NCBI RefSeq assembly: GCF_964188315.1
Contig: NC_135658.1
Span: 66,712,001 to 66,776,000, forward strand
DNA length: 64,000 nt
Reading direction: 5' to 3'
Source of the DNA: Podarcis muralis
Lineage: Eukaryota
Positions 35,040-49,275 of the stretch are shown piece by piece (within the stretch, counting starts at the first letter, position 1; the number at the start of each line of letters is the position of its first letter). The position numbers and the translations under genes are program-made. The notes beneath the pieces are model-generated. The model was not told where the DNA came from and ran no database searches. It worked only from the letters and a program-made list of their open reading frames with translations.

Positions 35040-35670
35040 ATATACTCTGATGTGCTCTGGGTGGGGCTGCCTTTGGACAATGTATGGAAACTTCAGCATG
35101 TCCAAGATGCCATGGCCAAATTGCTGACCAGAGCCAGTTCCAGGAGGAACAGAAGCACCTTGTTACAACAATTCCATTGGCTACGTGGCTACTTCTGGGC
35201 ATAATTCACAGTGTCCTTATACAGTTTGGGTCTAGACTGTTTGAAGGACTGTATCTCCCTGTATGAGCCTGGCTAGTCTGAGATCTGGGGTGGTCTTTCA
35301 GTCCCACCACCGTTACAGGCACGTTTGGTGATAGCACAAGAAAGGGCTTCCTCAGCGGCTGTTCCCAGATTATGAAACTCATTTCCATGGGAAGCTAGAC
35401 TGGCACTCTCTTTCTCTGCTTTCCTTTGACCAACAGGCAAAGACTTGTTTGTTCCAATAGGCCTTTGGATACTAACTGGATGTTATGGCAGGCTCCTTTG
35501 AGCGAGGCATTGTTCTGCTTTTGAATGATTTTATGTGTATTCAATGCTATTTTTAATAGTTTCTTGTTTGATTTATTTTTAATATTTATATTTATTGTGT
35601 TTTAGTTATATCTGTTTTAATTTACATTGTGGGCCGCCTTAGGTCCTTCATTGGTAGGAAGGCAGGTTAC
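35040..35670 (+). mobile_element. L2 LINE 3' fragment
   Basis: GLPLDNVWKLQHVQDAMAKLLT..LLQQFHWL matches the L2 ORF2 C-terminal pattern, followed by an L2-like 3' tail. Confidence 0.75.
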
Positions 35671-38399
35671 TTTAAAAGGTTAATCAACTTTTCTCAGAAG
35701 ACAGTTCCAGGAGGGGAGAGTACTGTTGGGCTGAGGTCTTCCTTGATGGTGTCCCACAGGCAACTGCCTTGCTACTGTGACAACAGGATGATGGACCAGG
35801 TGGCCCTGATCCTGCAGAGCTCTTCTTATGTTCCATAGCATTGGACTCCATTGGAAAAGTCCTTATCTAAGATTCTTGTCTTGTCTTGGTTTTACTAAGC
35901 CAGACCACTATCAGTTCTGTCCACATTATTATGCTTGATCAGTTGCTGAAAGCCAAGTGGCTGCTTGACAACTGAATGCAAACAGATTGCATATAAATGA
36001 TTGCAATGCATTGCATACTTGGTCTAACAACCGGTAACATGGTTATTTGACCTATTATGACTTCCTTTGCTGCAAGATGCTGTTCATTTACATAAATAGA
36101 TGAGCAGATGGTAGATAGTTTATATGCTTTTACAACACTTGTTGCTCCCAAGCCCGTGCATTCCCTTCACAAGTACACATCTTTTAAGCTTGGGAAACCT
36201 GTTCTGGAGCCAAAAATCCAAACTGAAGGCATCTTTGATTTAATGCTTGCATTTCCGCCCCCTCCCTGCCCTCCACTTGAGCCACTCACACAAATTGGTT
36301 CCTGGAATGATTTCATAGAAGCTGTTTGTCTTTTAATCCCCCCCCCCCCAAAAAAAAATCAACAGGGCATTCAGAATAACAAATACTTGTTTGCTTTCTA
36401 TGCAGAATACAGTATTTCCAAAGCACCATCATAATGCCTCTAATAGTAGACAGATAAAAAATACTTGCTGATGAGCATGTATCATAATAATCAATTTATG
36501 CTTCAAGAAATATAGACACAGTTTCTGCACCCAGAGTTTATACATAAGCACAACTGCAGTAGATGCTCTGGAGTGGTAATGATATCTCTGAGCAGTCATC
36601 TTTAGAACAAAATAATATATAAACCCGTTGTAAAACTGTTATACTTCAACAGAAAAGAAAAAGCACAATTGTTTAGAATGACCACAAGATTACCACCCAT
36701 ACATATTCAGGCCAAAATGTAGAACATAACGCAGTGTATGAACCACCACAGTGGTTTGCTTAATGGTCCATCTGGGAAAGATCAATGATTCTGCACAGCG
36801 TTCTGACTCTACAATGGCTAACGGGATGCTTCAATCAAGTTCAGCTGGTGGGTCGAGATTGTAATAGCATCCTCTGTAGGTCCTTAGAATCTGGAAGTTG
36901 GAGAAGTATTGCCTATGAAGGTGAACATACTGGAAACCCATTGGTAGAGTCAGCATCCCCAAATCTCCAAACGCTAACAAACTCAAACAGTGAGTGCTGA
37001 CAGGATTGAAGCCAGAAGAAGAAGAAGAGGAGAAGGAAGAAGGAAGAAGATGTCGTCAGTATCCTTGGGTGAATCCTGCAGAAGTACAAAAACTTCACTT
37101 TAAAAGGATGCAACTCATTGATCTCCAAAACAGCCAAACAAGGACTAAGCATTCTTAGTGGCCTCCAGGACACCGAATGCTGACTGCTGGTTGGAAATGA
37201 AACTCCGGAGGCCTGGATGGGTGAGTTGGCATTATTGTCTCTTACAGTTTATAGCATACCAGAGGAAAGCATGGCTAGGTTTGCATTATGCAGACCAGGA
37301 ACAGGCTAAGGTTCACTGTCAGTATCTTTAAATGGAGCTTGAGCAACACTTACTGTTCCATAGAATGTTAACTGTTCAGTTCATGAAGTAATGGAATCCC
37401 CCCTTAGTCTGGAGGCTGAAGACAAGCAACATTGACAGCCTACTTTTCACAATATGGAAAGAAGGGTCATGATTTTTATTTTTGTATGTCATTGGCATAT
37501 GACAAATGGATTTGCCCTGCCAAATCAAGAATGAAAAATAAGAGAATCTTGTTTTACAGAACAAGGTTGCTGGTCAGAACTGGAGATATTTCAATCAACC
37601 AAATTATTCTGCCAGCTATAAATTTCCGTTTTGGGGAAAATGAGTTGCTAAACTAAATATTGTGGAATTCAAAACCAGCAGTACTTTCTGATCCATAAAC
37701 TTTGATTATGGAAATAAACTCTCTGCATTATGGAAGTCTAATGGTAGTTTCTCTTGGTTTCTTTTTTTAAGGACAAATACTAGATTTTAACACAACACAG
37801 TTTGTTTTCCCCCAGCCATGCCCACCTGTCACTTACCTGATGTCACCTGTTTCCTAAAACCTAGGTAAAAGCCATTGCTGCAAAGGAGCAATCAGGCTCT
37901 TTAGTGTGTGCTCCTGACTGTTCCTTGGCAGTGGGCCTTGTATGCGAGGCTGCTTAAATTAAGCACCAAATGCAAAGCCCACTATGATTAGTTCTACCTG
38001 AGCGTTCTCCTTTGGGGCATCCAAGAGGAACCGATCATTGCCGTAAACAGCAGGCCTTGCACTTGGCTCTGAACTTAAACAGAGCTGAAGGCAAGTTTCA
38101 TTGGAAAGAAACAAATGGAAGTATGAAGCTTAGCATTCATATGAAGTCAGCTGATTAACAGGTGGGTGGAACTACCCACCTTTCAGAAGGGGTCCACGGA
38201 TAGGTGGCCACGTTTTGATCTGGTACACCAAACAAAATTAGAGCCCCACCCATGTAGTAACAGCTGTATTGTAAAGTAAATCCTAATGCTTGTGATGGAA
38301 TTTTCCATGATGTACCTGCTTCTACCTGCATGTCCAGTCTCAGAGAAAAGCTTTTGGGGACTATCTATTTACATCCTGGTACTTTGGGTGCAGGGTGCT

Positions 38400-38715
38400 G
38401 CAAGACACCACTTGATCCCTAGTTCTGTTAACAGCTATATTGCTGTAGTCATCAGTGGATTTGGGGCACATAGTTATCACTATGCTGATGGTGTGGAGCT
38501 CTATTTCTCTGTTAAATCTGGTTCAGAAGATGCTGTGCCCATAAATGGAAAATGAACTTTGCTATGAGAGAGGCACTGTGGGTGAGTGGCTCCCAAGTCC
38601 AGGTACTAGGGATTTTGTTTTACATTTATTTTGGGGTTGCATTCCCTCTGAAGGAGCAGGTCCACCATTTAGGGGTGCTGTTGAGCCATCTTTGTCCATG
38701 GAGACCCAGGTGCCA
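38400..38715 (+). mobile_element. Degenerate L2 RT fragment
   Basis: HSYHYADGVELYFS resembles L2 CHQYADDTQLYFS; LGVLL downstream. Confidence 0.55.
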
Positions 38716-41700
38716 ATTTCCCTCTCCCCATCTTCATTTGAAAGAAACGTCCAAGGAAGGCAGGGTGAGAACCTTTGTCCAGTCTGAGAAAAACAGAGAA
38801 AGTAACGCACCTCATTTGAATACTCCAGTCAAATTTGCAGCCCCTGAAGCTGCATGCCATAATAAAAAAAAGAGGAGAAAAATCTGCCCAGAGATTTCTC
38901 ACACAGCTCCAGAATTTTTAGATTGCAAATTCCATGGATGCTGTAGTCTGGGGGGGTTGGCTGGCTCTGGGTTGCAGAAAGCTGTCGTGTGCCATGGGCA
39001 AAATCCAGCAGGAATCTGATATTTCGTTATCTTGTTTCATTTCAATAACAAATGTGTAAGAGAGATGATTTTTGTTGGATGGAAGCTGGGATGCAGACAC
39101 CAGGAAAAGTGATAAAAGATTCTCATTTCTCTTGGTGGAAACTTACTGGTTAAGATTCACGTCTTTTATTTATTTAGCTATTCCACTTCTAAAGTGTTCC
39201 ATTGCAAAGACCAGGTAAGAAGAACATCACAATCAGTTCACATTTCCCTCAGGAACATTGCTTGGTGCTGTTGCCTTTTAGGTCTTGAGTTACATCTGCT
39301 TTATTCTATCTGTAATAGTTGTTTTATTGCTCTTCTCTGTCTGTGTCTCCCCTAATCTGAATTTTATAGGTTTATTTGTTTGCTAACATATGGGAAAGAA
39401 AAACATTTGATTGGATTGTTGCTGCATTTTCCTCTTGCCCTTTCTCCAAGGAACATGCGGTGCCACACATAGTTTTCTGGGCTGCACACACACATGCCAT
39501 TTTATTTTCCCAACAACCTTGTCAAATAGGCTAGGCTGCAGTGTGATTGACCCCAGGCCACTCCATCAGCTTTGTAGCTGAGTGTGACCCATGACCATCC
39601 AGAGGGCAGAATTTCTGCTTTTGATTTCTGACAGCAGAAAACTTCCTTTTAAAATGGAAACTGCATACACACCTTGCTGGATGAAGCTGCTGTAAACCTT
39701 CTTCTCATCTGCAAGGTACCTTCACAGTTCCCCCCTCTTATTTATGGCAAAATGTTTTGGTCCAACTCATTTCTTTGACAAGTAGTGACCCAATGCTTGT
39801 GTGAGAGAAGCAGAAAACTTGAACGATGATCTGTTTGGAGACTTGTTCCCATGTACGTCTTATCCACTCCCCTGCAGGTAGAGGAGGGATTTTATTTATT
39901 TTTTAAAAAATTATACCCTGCTTTTCACCATCTGGATCACGAAGTGGCTTACAAAATAAAAACATACGGTATATAAGATTTAAAACAGAAAGACCGGAGG
40001 ATTGAAACACCAGAAGATTAAAATATCAGAGCAGCATTCATAGTGCAAAGACCTCATGGAACAAAACAGTATTATTATTTTTTAGGAAGTTCAAACTGTC
40101 CTAATTTCCAAGGTCCTGTTTTTCAAGGTCAAGCCCAGAACTCAAGGTGGAGTATTGAGGAATCAAGCTAAGTAGTGGTCCGGAGAGCAGTTGCAAGAGG
40201 AAGGTGCCAAAAGGCAGAGACTGTGCGACCAATTAGCAGGCCGAAAAGCAGAGTCTGGGAACAAGGGTGCTCAATGACAGGGCCTTCAGTACCCTGGACA
40301 GGTCCTAAGGAAGAGACAACTTGTTCCAAAAGTGTTGGTTGCAGAATGAGTTCTTAGATGGCCCCTCAGTCACACTGCCTCTCCCAGGCTCTGCTTCATT
40401 GCTGGTAAATAAAGAACCCTCTGACCTGAAGGTTGGCACTGTGTTGCCTCTCTGCTAACTCTAATAAGACATGCTGCCTGCAGTCAAGCACAGTGGCATG
40501 TGAGGCTCATAGGGGAATGTATGCTGGCTTCTTGGTGGGGTGCAGCTCAGAGACTGCAGTCACTGGGGAGTCCTGGTTCAGAAGAAGTTCCCTGGTTGTT
40601 GGACGCAGACTCAGTGGAGTCAGGGTCCAGATCTAGCAGTTCTTTCATCCAGTCATCTTTGTGGAGACCCAAGTGCCAATTTTTCTTTACCATAACTTTG
40701 AGAGACAGGCCAAAATAATTATCTTCATGCTATAGTTGGACAGCTGAGGCTAAAAGATAGTGGCTAGTTTTAAGGTAGTTAAATATGTTCTTAGCAGAGG
40801 TGATAAACCCCAAACATATTTGGTCAACCTGCTAGCTGCTACCTACCAGTTAACCCCTCTCCTTGCTTTGAGCAAATGTCAGATTCCGAAATTGTAGAAT
40901 TGACAGGATAAACCACAAACTTATCATAACCATAACCCAATAATATTAGAACATTGCAATTCTATTAGTGGCATTAGCCAGACACGTTGTTGTAGAATAA
41001 ATGTGTTGAGCTTTTAATATCTATCACCGCATATTATTACTACATAGTACATATCTCAATATACAAAAAAAAGCATTGTGTGTTTCACTTTGCAGTTGTT
41101 CCTTATTCTTAAACATGCCTAAAGCTCTATATGACACAGTTTGACATCCATGAATACATCACCTGAACATTTAAGAAACATTGGGAAAGTGCTGTGCTTT
41201 ACCCTACCCCCACCCCCCAATATGGCAAAATGCACACTGTTGTAAACATAGTTAAACTTACATTTATTTAATGGTATCACATATTCACATTTAGATTGTA
41301 TACAACATACGGCTTATTTCAGAAGGGGGCCACACAACCCCGGTAAACACAACTCTCCTCACATTTTTTTCACAACATGAATTAATACTGTACTGAAAAT
41401 ACTTAAGAGATTCTTGACCATTCTAATCAAGGCCTGCCTTCATCACCACCCCTCTGCTGCTGTTGTTGAAAATATAAAATTCCTTTGCTTTGCTCATTTA
41501 ATAGATGTGCAGCATAATCCAAGCATGTCTTATATAAAATGGAGGGGATTCCTCCCCCAGCCTTCATGAATCCCCCTGCAATTAAGAGCCCTCTTAATTC
41601 TCCTTGAGTTTACATTTACTTTTACACATCGGTTTACATTGGGGGGGGGGGACAACATTTAGATGCTGTTTGTGTTTTCATCTGGACTCTGAGATTTAGG

Positions 41701-43079
41701 GTTTGCCATCCTCTTTTATGCAAAACATAAGCCATATGGCTTAATTAGGCCTATTAAGGAGATTCAAGGCTTTCAGACTCTTGTGTGTAAACTAGGGTGG
41801 GAAGAAGGAGAGGCACACATGGGAGGAGAAAAATGTAGTTTCCAGGGCTTTGGGAGTCATTTTGACTAAGAGCAGCAGGAGTGGAATTCAGGGCAGGGCA
41901 GGGCAGGCCCAGACTATTTAGTTATTTTAAAGGGTGAGAGCTATTATTATATTGGAGTCTCAAATCCATATGGAGGGAGGATCATACTTAAAAGAAATTT
42001 GTGAATGTTTACAATGCTAACTGTTGTTGCTAGACTATAGTAGAACAGTGAGTCAGGAACTCTGTTTCCCACCAGGCTGCCCTGCTTGGAACTCTTCCCC
42101 TTTCCCAGCAAACCTGCCTGGATGGAAGAAGGCTATGTCTCTCTCGGGGAAGTCTGTTGCTCTCTTCTTGGTCTCTCCAGTTAAATCTTTAAAAGTCTGA
42201 ACTGTGGGAAGTTTGAAGGTAGACTTGCTACTTTTTGTAAAGGCTAAATTGTGGTTGAATGGGAGCCCAATCAGACCGTTGAGGGTAGCTACTCTACTTA
42301 ACTGGCAATATAGGCACTGCTTAATGATCACATCAGACATAGGACAGGACTTGCCAGGGAAAAAATGCTTGCTTATAGAGGAACATAGGACAGGACTTGC
42401 CCATAGGGATTCTCAGTTTCTCTATAGGCAGACAGTATCCCATGTTTTACCAAAAAGTTTGTGTCTTATCAGGATGTTCTCCTGCAGAGGGATCCAAGAG
42501 AAGCTTTGTTTGTTTGTTTTTAAAAAAGTAAAAGTAAATAATCTTCCCAGTTCCCAGTTCACTAGCTGCCACTGGTTGGCAGGGGATATTCAGGCCAATT
42601 CTCCAGTGAAACATAGTTCAGGACAAAGTGGGTGCCAGGAATTCAGTGCAAGCTGCTATTATTGATATTATTCTGATCTGGGCATTGAGATGTGGTGCAC
42701 AATGCCAAATGCTGAAAGACCTGCAAAATGGAAACATAAAGAATGTCAACGAGCTGTTGCAAAATACTAAGCTGACAAGTAAGTTTGCCAAGCAGTCCTC
42801 ACTGCCTGCTGTTGTGACCACTATTGTCTCGATTGTCAATCCCATACAGGAATTGGAGTTACACTGCCAGGAAAAGGATATGACAAAACCTGAAAGCAGA
42901 ATGGGGGGAAACCAACCATCATCGAAAAGGGAGTGAGTTAGCTTGTAAAAAAAGCTTTCCAGTATTAGAATCTCCTGCACAGCTAAGAATAGGAAGACGT
43001 GTCAGCGTGTCCCCTGTAAAATGTGTTGAGAATGTATAGAGGAAGCAAAGAAGTACTTTAAGAATTAGTACAGTACTGT

Positions 43080-43900
43080 GTTGACTTCACTGGGATCTGA
43101 CAGAAATGGTCATTTTAAAAGAATTGTGAATCACCTCAATTTGGAAGTGCATCAGCAGGCAATAGAGCTGCACTGGGAGAAAAGCAGTGATAAACATCCA
43201 TGGCTGAAAATACGGAAGACACAAAATGCAGAAAATATCAAATTCACAGTCACTTTGGCATGTGGGGAGCCTATTTCTGCATATCTGGTCCTTGATCACT
43301 CTTGCTACCAACCGCTTAGAGTGCCTTATGAATGATGAAAGACCTGATCGTGCAACTACCAGCATTTAATCCCTGTAGAGATCTTGTTTATTACAGAGAA
43401 GTGTTGGCAAGTATCAGTGCCACAGAACTAAAATGCAAATCTGATGAATGTTTGGCATTCAGTACTCCCATTGATGGCAGTGTCAGCAAACAGAAGATAA
43501 CAAATGTATTAGTTGTAGAACTGCAATGACAAACGGAAATTGGAGAAATCTTTTCCTACTGATGCATTTGCCAGAGCAGAATAGGGCTAAAGGTTTGCTT
43601 GAAGCCCTGAAATAATGTAGTTTCTGGTGAACTACATGAAAGAAGCCCGGAAATAATGTAGTTCTGATGTCAAGAAACGGATGGAAATGACTGGAGAATC
43701 AGCAAACACAATGAAGAACTCTGGTCTTGGGAAACATTTAAGAGATCAGCACATTAGAGAAAGTTTGACTTTTTGGTGCTGTGCTCACTGATCAGACCTT
43801 GCTGCATCATCACCACTGTTCCAGAGCTATAGATCTGAAAGGCTAGCCTATTAGCTTGGAACACCTACTTCCACACATCAAAGAATAAAACAAATCTACT
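43080..43900 (+). pseudogene. Decayed hAT transposase fragment
   Basis: Motifs in the right order across frameshifts: AFSTPIDGSV (first catalytic Asp), TGESANT (~43690, degenerate TDG motif), FWCCAH*SDLA (~43771-43803, CxxH). Confidence 0.6.
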
Positions 43901-43947
43901 GGGTTCTGTCTTTCTTGCATCAAAACAATTTTTGCAAAATCATTATG

Positions 43948-44094
43948 CAGTGGCGTAGCGTGGGGGGTGCAGGGGGGGCCGGCCGCACCGGGCGCAACAT
44001 CTGGGGCTTAGGGTTAGGGGGCGCAAATCCACGGGTTAGGGGGCGCAAATTACTTGCCTTGCCCCGGGTGCTGACAACCCACGCTACGCCACTG
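43948..44094. mobile_element. hAT-type MITE, 147 bp
   Basis: TIR CAGTGGCGTAGCGTGG; perfect 8-bp TSD TCATTATG. Confidence 0.9.
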
Positions 44095-46168
44095 TCATTA
44101 TGTATGGTTTATACAGCATCATATCCCCCTCATTAATAATAGTGTTGCTCAACCAGGCTAGTTGCCAGAAAGTCTGGGTAGATCTTAAGAAGAAGATAGA
44201 AAAGAAAAAGCAGAAGCCCATGGTCTTCTGAAGACATGGAATGATAAAACAAATTTGGCTAACAAAACAGGAATAGCTTAGATGTGCACCAGGTTCTACA
44301 ATATTATCTGTAATGTGATAAGAGCATCTTTCCAGGCATACTTGCTTGTAGAGATTCAGCAATCAGAAAGCTACAGTTAATGAAGGAAGGTCCTTTCCCT
44401 GGAGATGTGAATCCAAATCCAAATTTAACTTCGCTGGTCATGGTGAAAGTGAAAGAATTGAAGATTTGTTAACAGTCAAAATGCATGTGCAATTTGTTTG
44501 GAAAGTGTGCAAGCAGCTGAACAATTTTTTTAGCAAAGCATCTTCTTTAAGAACAGGACCCTAAGCTGTCTGCTATCCAAGGTCTGCTATAAACATAGTT
44601 ACTCACACAGCTTGTGAAGACAGGATTAATATTGTATGCTAGAATCTTTCTTGCATAGAAGAAGGAAGGGAACCATGGGAAGTAATTTCTAAAGTGCCCC
44701 CATTTCCCACATTGGAGTGATTTAGGATGTTCAGTGTCTCTGTATCTTCACTAGCTGTTTCCTATAAATTATAGCATGGTGCAATAATGTCTGGCAGCAA
44801 TTGCAATTCTCTCACCACACAGTGCAAACTAAAAATAATTGTGTCCCTGCATAATGACACACAAACACAGGTAGTTAATGCATGGCCAAACCCAGCTCTG
44901 AATGGGCTTGGTACAGCCTGTTGTGATCCCCAACTGGCTGTTGTCCACTTTTTTTCAATCAAAGTCAGGAGACAATGTCAGCCTGCTCAGGAGATTTATG
45001 CTGAATGGATTATAAAAAAAAGAGAGTTCTGGACATTTTAGTTTCATTTTAAATGCCAAGTTTCTTTAAATTACAACAATTTACTATTAGAATATATGTT
45101 CCAAGACGTTTGCCTGGTTAAATCAATGTGTGTTTAATTATTTCAAGTGAAGATGAAAAATGCACTGTTGTATGATTTTTAAGTGCCCTTTTGTGTTCAT
45201 TCCCCTGCCCTCTGTCACAGTGAAAATTCCTTTTAAAAAATCCCTGGATGACATCACTTTGGGTTAAAAAGGTTTTACTCTAAACTAAGCATGCTTAGAA
45301 ATGCTGCCTTACTTTAGTGCAAAAAGCAAAACCATAAAGGTCTTTTCTTAAGCATGAGTGAAGGTGGGCAGGTAAGATAGAACCAGGGAGTCCCTTACAT
45401 CATTTTGTTATTTCGTTTTTGTTGCAGGCTTGCTCATTTAAAATGGTGTAAGTAAGAAGTTAGCATCCTACCCGACAAAATGGGGGGGAAAGCCTTCAGG
45501 CCAATCTCTGAAAATGGTCGTGCTCTCTCTGCATATGTGCTAACCTGTTGCGCAAGTGCAAATGTACTACACTGATCTGACTCGGCTACTAGGACTGTCC
45601 CATCTATGCAGGTATTTCACAGAAAGGGGATGAGAATGCCTTATCAGTGGGTATTATGGGTCCAGAAGAGTGGAGTGTGGGACAGTGAAGATGGAGAGCT
45701 GGCTCTACTCTGGACCCTGTGGCTGTTTCCGTACAGTGTGAAGGACAAAATGGGGGACTGGCTCATTCTAGCAATAAATAACGATAATGATAATAACCCT
45801 GACTTTCTTCCAGAACCTGCACGTACGAAAAAAGTTTCCTCCCTCCGCAGTCTTCTGTACAAGGCTAACAAAGGAACAGGCTGATAATCTGATGAGGACT
45901 TGGATGCCTTCAACATTCATCTCTGAACAGTAGAAACCGAAAGGAACCCACATATAATGCAAGACCCTAAAAATGACAGTGCAGGTGTGGGCAGCCCTTC
46001 TGCTCTGCATTAAACCTTGCTCGCATGCTGTCAGTTTGTTCTCTGGTCACTGTCCGCCTCTCTGTGCAATTATGTACATTTGTTACTTACAGGAGCAAAC
46101 AAACAAAACAAAACAAGCAGCAATGGCTACACAGATCTTGTGACCGTTTTCAGTCTCTGTGGTGCAGC

Positions 46169-46555
46169 CTATACATTCTCCTCGTGGCAGGGGTGGTTGC
46201 CATTGATGAAGCTGAACACGACCATCGATTGGTTGGAGCTCTTGAGGGACGCCATCCGCGTGGTGCTTCTGCTCTGGGACTTCATGAGCTTGCGGGCTTT
46301 GCAACATGAAAGCTGGTGGTTAAATTGTTTCCTGAAACTTTTGCTGAGCAGGTAGAGTGCAAAGGGGTTAATGCAAGAGTTGGCAAATGCCAGGATCCGA
46401 GCACAGAGAGAAGTGATAAAGTGCAGAATGGATGTGTCCACCTCGGAATAGTGGTACGATCGATATAAGTAGATGATGTGATTGGGCAGCCAACAGAAAG
46501 CGAAGATGCAGACGAAAACCAGCACTGTCTTGGCTAGGCGTTTTCGTGATTCCAT
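46169..46555 (-). CDS. GRPR: Gastrin-releasing peptide receptor, last coding exon (exon 3: TM6, TM7, C-tail), 128 aa + TAG
   Basis: Translation [42 protein letters not shown]...[16 protein letters not shown]...CC matches the GRPR C-terminal half as I know it, better than NMBR or BRS3. It is preceded by a pyrimidine-rich acceptor ...ttgttcttttcAG (46557-46556), phase 0. Confidence 0.96.
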   Translation of the reverse strand: MESRKRLAKTVLVFVCIFAFCWLPNHIIYLYRSYHYSEVDTSILHFITSLCARILAFANSCINPFALYLLSKSFRKQFNHQLSCCKARKLMKSQSRSTTRMASLKSSNQSMVVFSFINGNHPCHEENV

Positions 46556-46751
46556 CTGAAAAGAACAACATGGTCAACAACATTCAATAGAAGATGTGGA
46601 AACTATTTCAGTTTAACAGAGGACAGGGTAATTTTGTTCTGCACTGAGTTTAGCAATCTCTGAAATATAGTCATGCTTCTCCCACCCCTTCTAAAACTCC
46701 ATTTTCTTTTGAAATAAATCCATTTGAAATATTAATAAAAATAATAAAAAT

Positions 46752-46952
46752 AATTTATTATTTGTACCCCGCCCATCTGGCTGCGTTTCCCCAGCCACTC
46801 TGGGCTGCTTTCAACAGAGCATTAAAAACAGAATAAAACTTCAAACATTAAAAACTTCCCTAAACAGGGCTGCCTTCAGACGTCTTCTAAAAGTCAGATA
46901 GTTGTTTATTTCTTTGACATCTGATGGGAGGGCGTTCCACAGAGCAGGCACC
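46752..46952 (-). mobile_element. L2-type LINE 3' end in GRPR intron 2 (shorter related copy at ~49420-49485)
   Basis: Minus translation ALWNALPSDVKEINNYLTFRRRLKAALFREVF; 3' tail shared with the 49420 copy. Confidence 0.7.
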
Positions 46953-48923
46953 ACAATTTGTTTACAGTCCAGTCCTATCCATGTTTGCTTGACCCCGAGT
47001 TGAACGGGACTTACTTCCATGTAAGAATGCAAAGGATTGCAGCCCCATGGGCCTAGTTAAATGCATTATGACACCTTGCATACATACAGTGAAGTACAGC
47101 AGTAAAGATTTGCCATTATGGAACACCATATTTCATACCAAGAGCAAAGGAACATATTGCCCTATGGTTCTATCCATGTTTGTCCCATCATTGGTAACTT
47201 GATCTTTGTACAAATGTAAGGAGAGGGGAGCCTTGCTGCAGGGAGCAGAACTCCCACGTCATGGTTATGTGGGGAAAGTATCCTGTGGACAAGAAATGCA
47301 TAAACATACTTTTCAGTGGTGTTTCCAGTTCAGTTAAATACAGAAAATGGGCACATCTAAGTCCTACCACAGCTTCCCATGCTCCCCAAAGCCACAAAAA
47401 CTGAAGTATGCAAAGAGAACAAAGTGGAGATGTGAGGGAAAATCCTGTTCTTTGTTTTTGACAGTGCCAAAAATGAGAATCTTGAAAAGCAGAGTAAATG
47501 GCAATGCTGCTCCCACAATTCCTGCTCTTTGCTAGTGAGTTGGGGCAGCAGAACAAAGGATTTGCAGGAGCTGAAGTAGTCAATATGTGTGGACAAGGGA
47601 GGTACTTGGATCCTAATGTCCCTTCAAAACTGGGGCAGACACTCTTTTATATTCTGGTCCCAAGCCACAGATAGATACATGCAGAATACATCTAGAGAGC
47701 AGTGACTATATCTCACAAAATAATCAGTCAACAAGCTTAGCCTCTCAGAAAAGCAGCTATTCCACCTTGAAAGAGGGAAGCCAGCAACAGTACCGCCATT
47801 GTCATCTATCACTGTCACTTCAGATCTTTTATTCCTCTCAGTTGCATAGACTGAAAGGTATGGAGTTGACAACAGGTGATTGACACAGGCCTGCTGAGAA
47901 ACAATTTTTTTTCAAAGATCAAACTAACAATTAAGTTCTGTGATAGACTTTTCTGTGAAGGCAAATCATATATACTTTATGGAGTGGAATCTTAACTTAA
48001 TACTTGTTGCTCCTGCCACCTGCATGGACATTATGAAGGCAGAAGGTAATGCAATAAACAAGCAATACTTGTTTCTGAAAGAGACAAAAGGCACTGTCTG
48101 TCTGAAACTCAAAGGGGAAACCACTGTTTTACAGACTTAATCTTGGCTCCTGTTTCCCTTAGCTGGTGAGAAATATTGCTTCTCCTTTTTACTCTGCATA
48201 TATTCAATGGTTATTGTCAGAGGTGCAGAAGAAAGAATAGAATCAAGCATGAGCAAGAAATACAAGAATAATGTTTCGTATAATTTAGAAAACATAAAGA
48301 GCATTAGCTGTTTTTGGAAAACACCCATAAGTTATTCAGTGTGATGCTTTTATTTCACCCCAATTTTTTCTAGTTAATGCACAATTTAAAATGCAATCCT
48401 ATGCATGTTTACTCAGAGGTAAGGGCCAACTGTAGTCAATGGGGCTCACTCCCCAGTGAGTATATAGCAGGGGTGGGGATCCTGTGACCCTTCCAATGTT
48501 TGATGTTGGCAAAGGGCACTAGGATTTGTTATCCATATCCTTCTTGGAGGCACGAACCAATCAGGTGGACTGGATGGACATAAAGGTGCTGGTTATTGAG
48601 TCCTTCCCCAGAAATGTTATGTACCTAATCCTCACATCACTTTTCCACATGAATGTATTTATGGAATTGCTTTATAGAAACAGTCTTTGAACTCCAAATA
48701 CTTAAAGTCATTAGAGCTGTAAAAAAAAACCAAGGACAAACGGGAAGGAACTGAGACTCACACTCATGAAATATACACAAAAGACAGGCTGCAATGTACC
48801 GTAATTTATCCATACCTCTTTGCTCAATGGATCCTTTGAAACACCTTTCTCTTTATTTGTAATGAAATGTCATTCCCAGTTTGGCTTTGGGTAGTTATTA
48901 CTTGCAAACAAAATAAGACATAC

Positions 48924-49275
48924 CTGCTTTCTGACATGGACATTTCCTTCCACCGGTAGGTTGTAAGCACTCCGTATCAGGTTTTTGGCAATGAAATAAT
49001 AGTATACTGAAATAACAGACAGGGGAATTATGTAAAAGATGAGAAAGGAAGCCATGGATTGAATTTTTGGATGCAGCTCATTGGTCAGTGGGTAGGGTGT
49101 ACAACTGATGAATGTTTTGTTAGTGCCTTTGTCATAGAAAGGTCGCAAGTCTGAGAACACAGCTTCAGGAATGGCAAGCAGCATAGATAAAATCCAGATC
49201 ATGATAGCTTTCAAACAAATCTTCATCAGGGCGTGGGAAGCTTGAAGGTCCATTGGTCTCACTATAGCTCTATAC
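48924..49275 (-). CDS. GRPR: Gastrin-releasing peptide receptor, exon 2 (352 bp; end of DRY motif, TM4, ECL2, TM5, ICL3)
   Basis: Acceptor ttAG|G TAT AGA GCT (phase 2, completes the DRY arginine). Translation [23 protein letters not shown]...FSDLRPF...[53 protein letters not shown]. Donor CAG|GTATGT, phase 0, compatible with exon 3. Confidence 0.96.

Noticed and set aside
42338-42401. 18-bp direct repeat CATAGGACAGGACTTGCC
   Set aside because: Only two copies with no associated structure; likely a local duplication.
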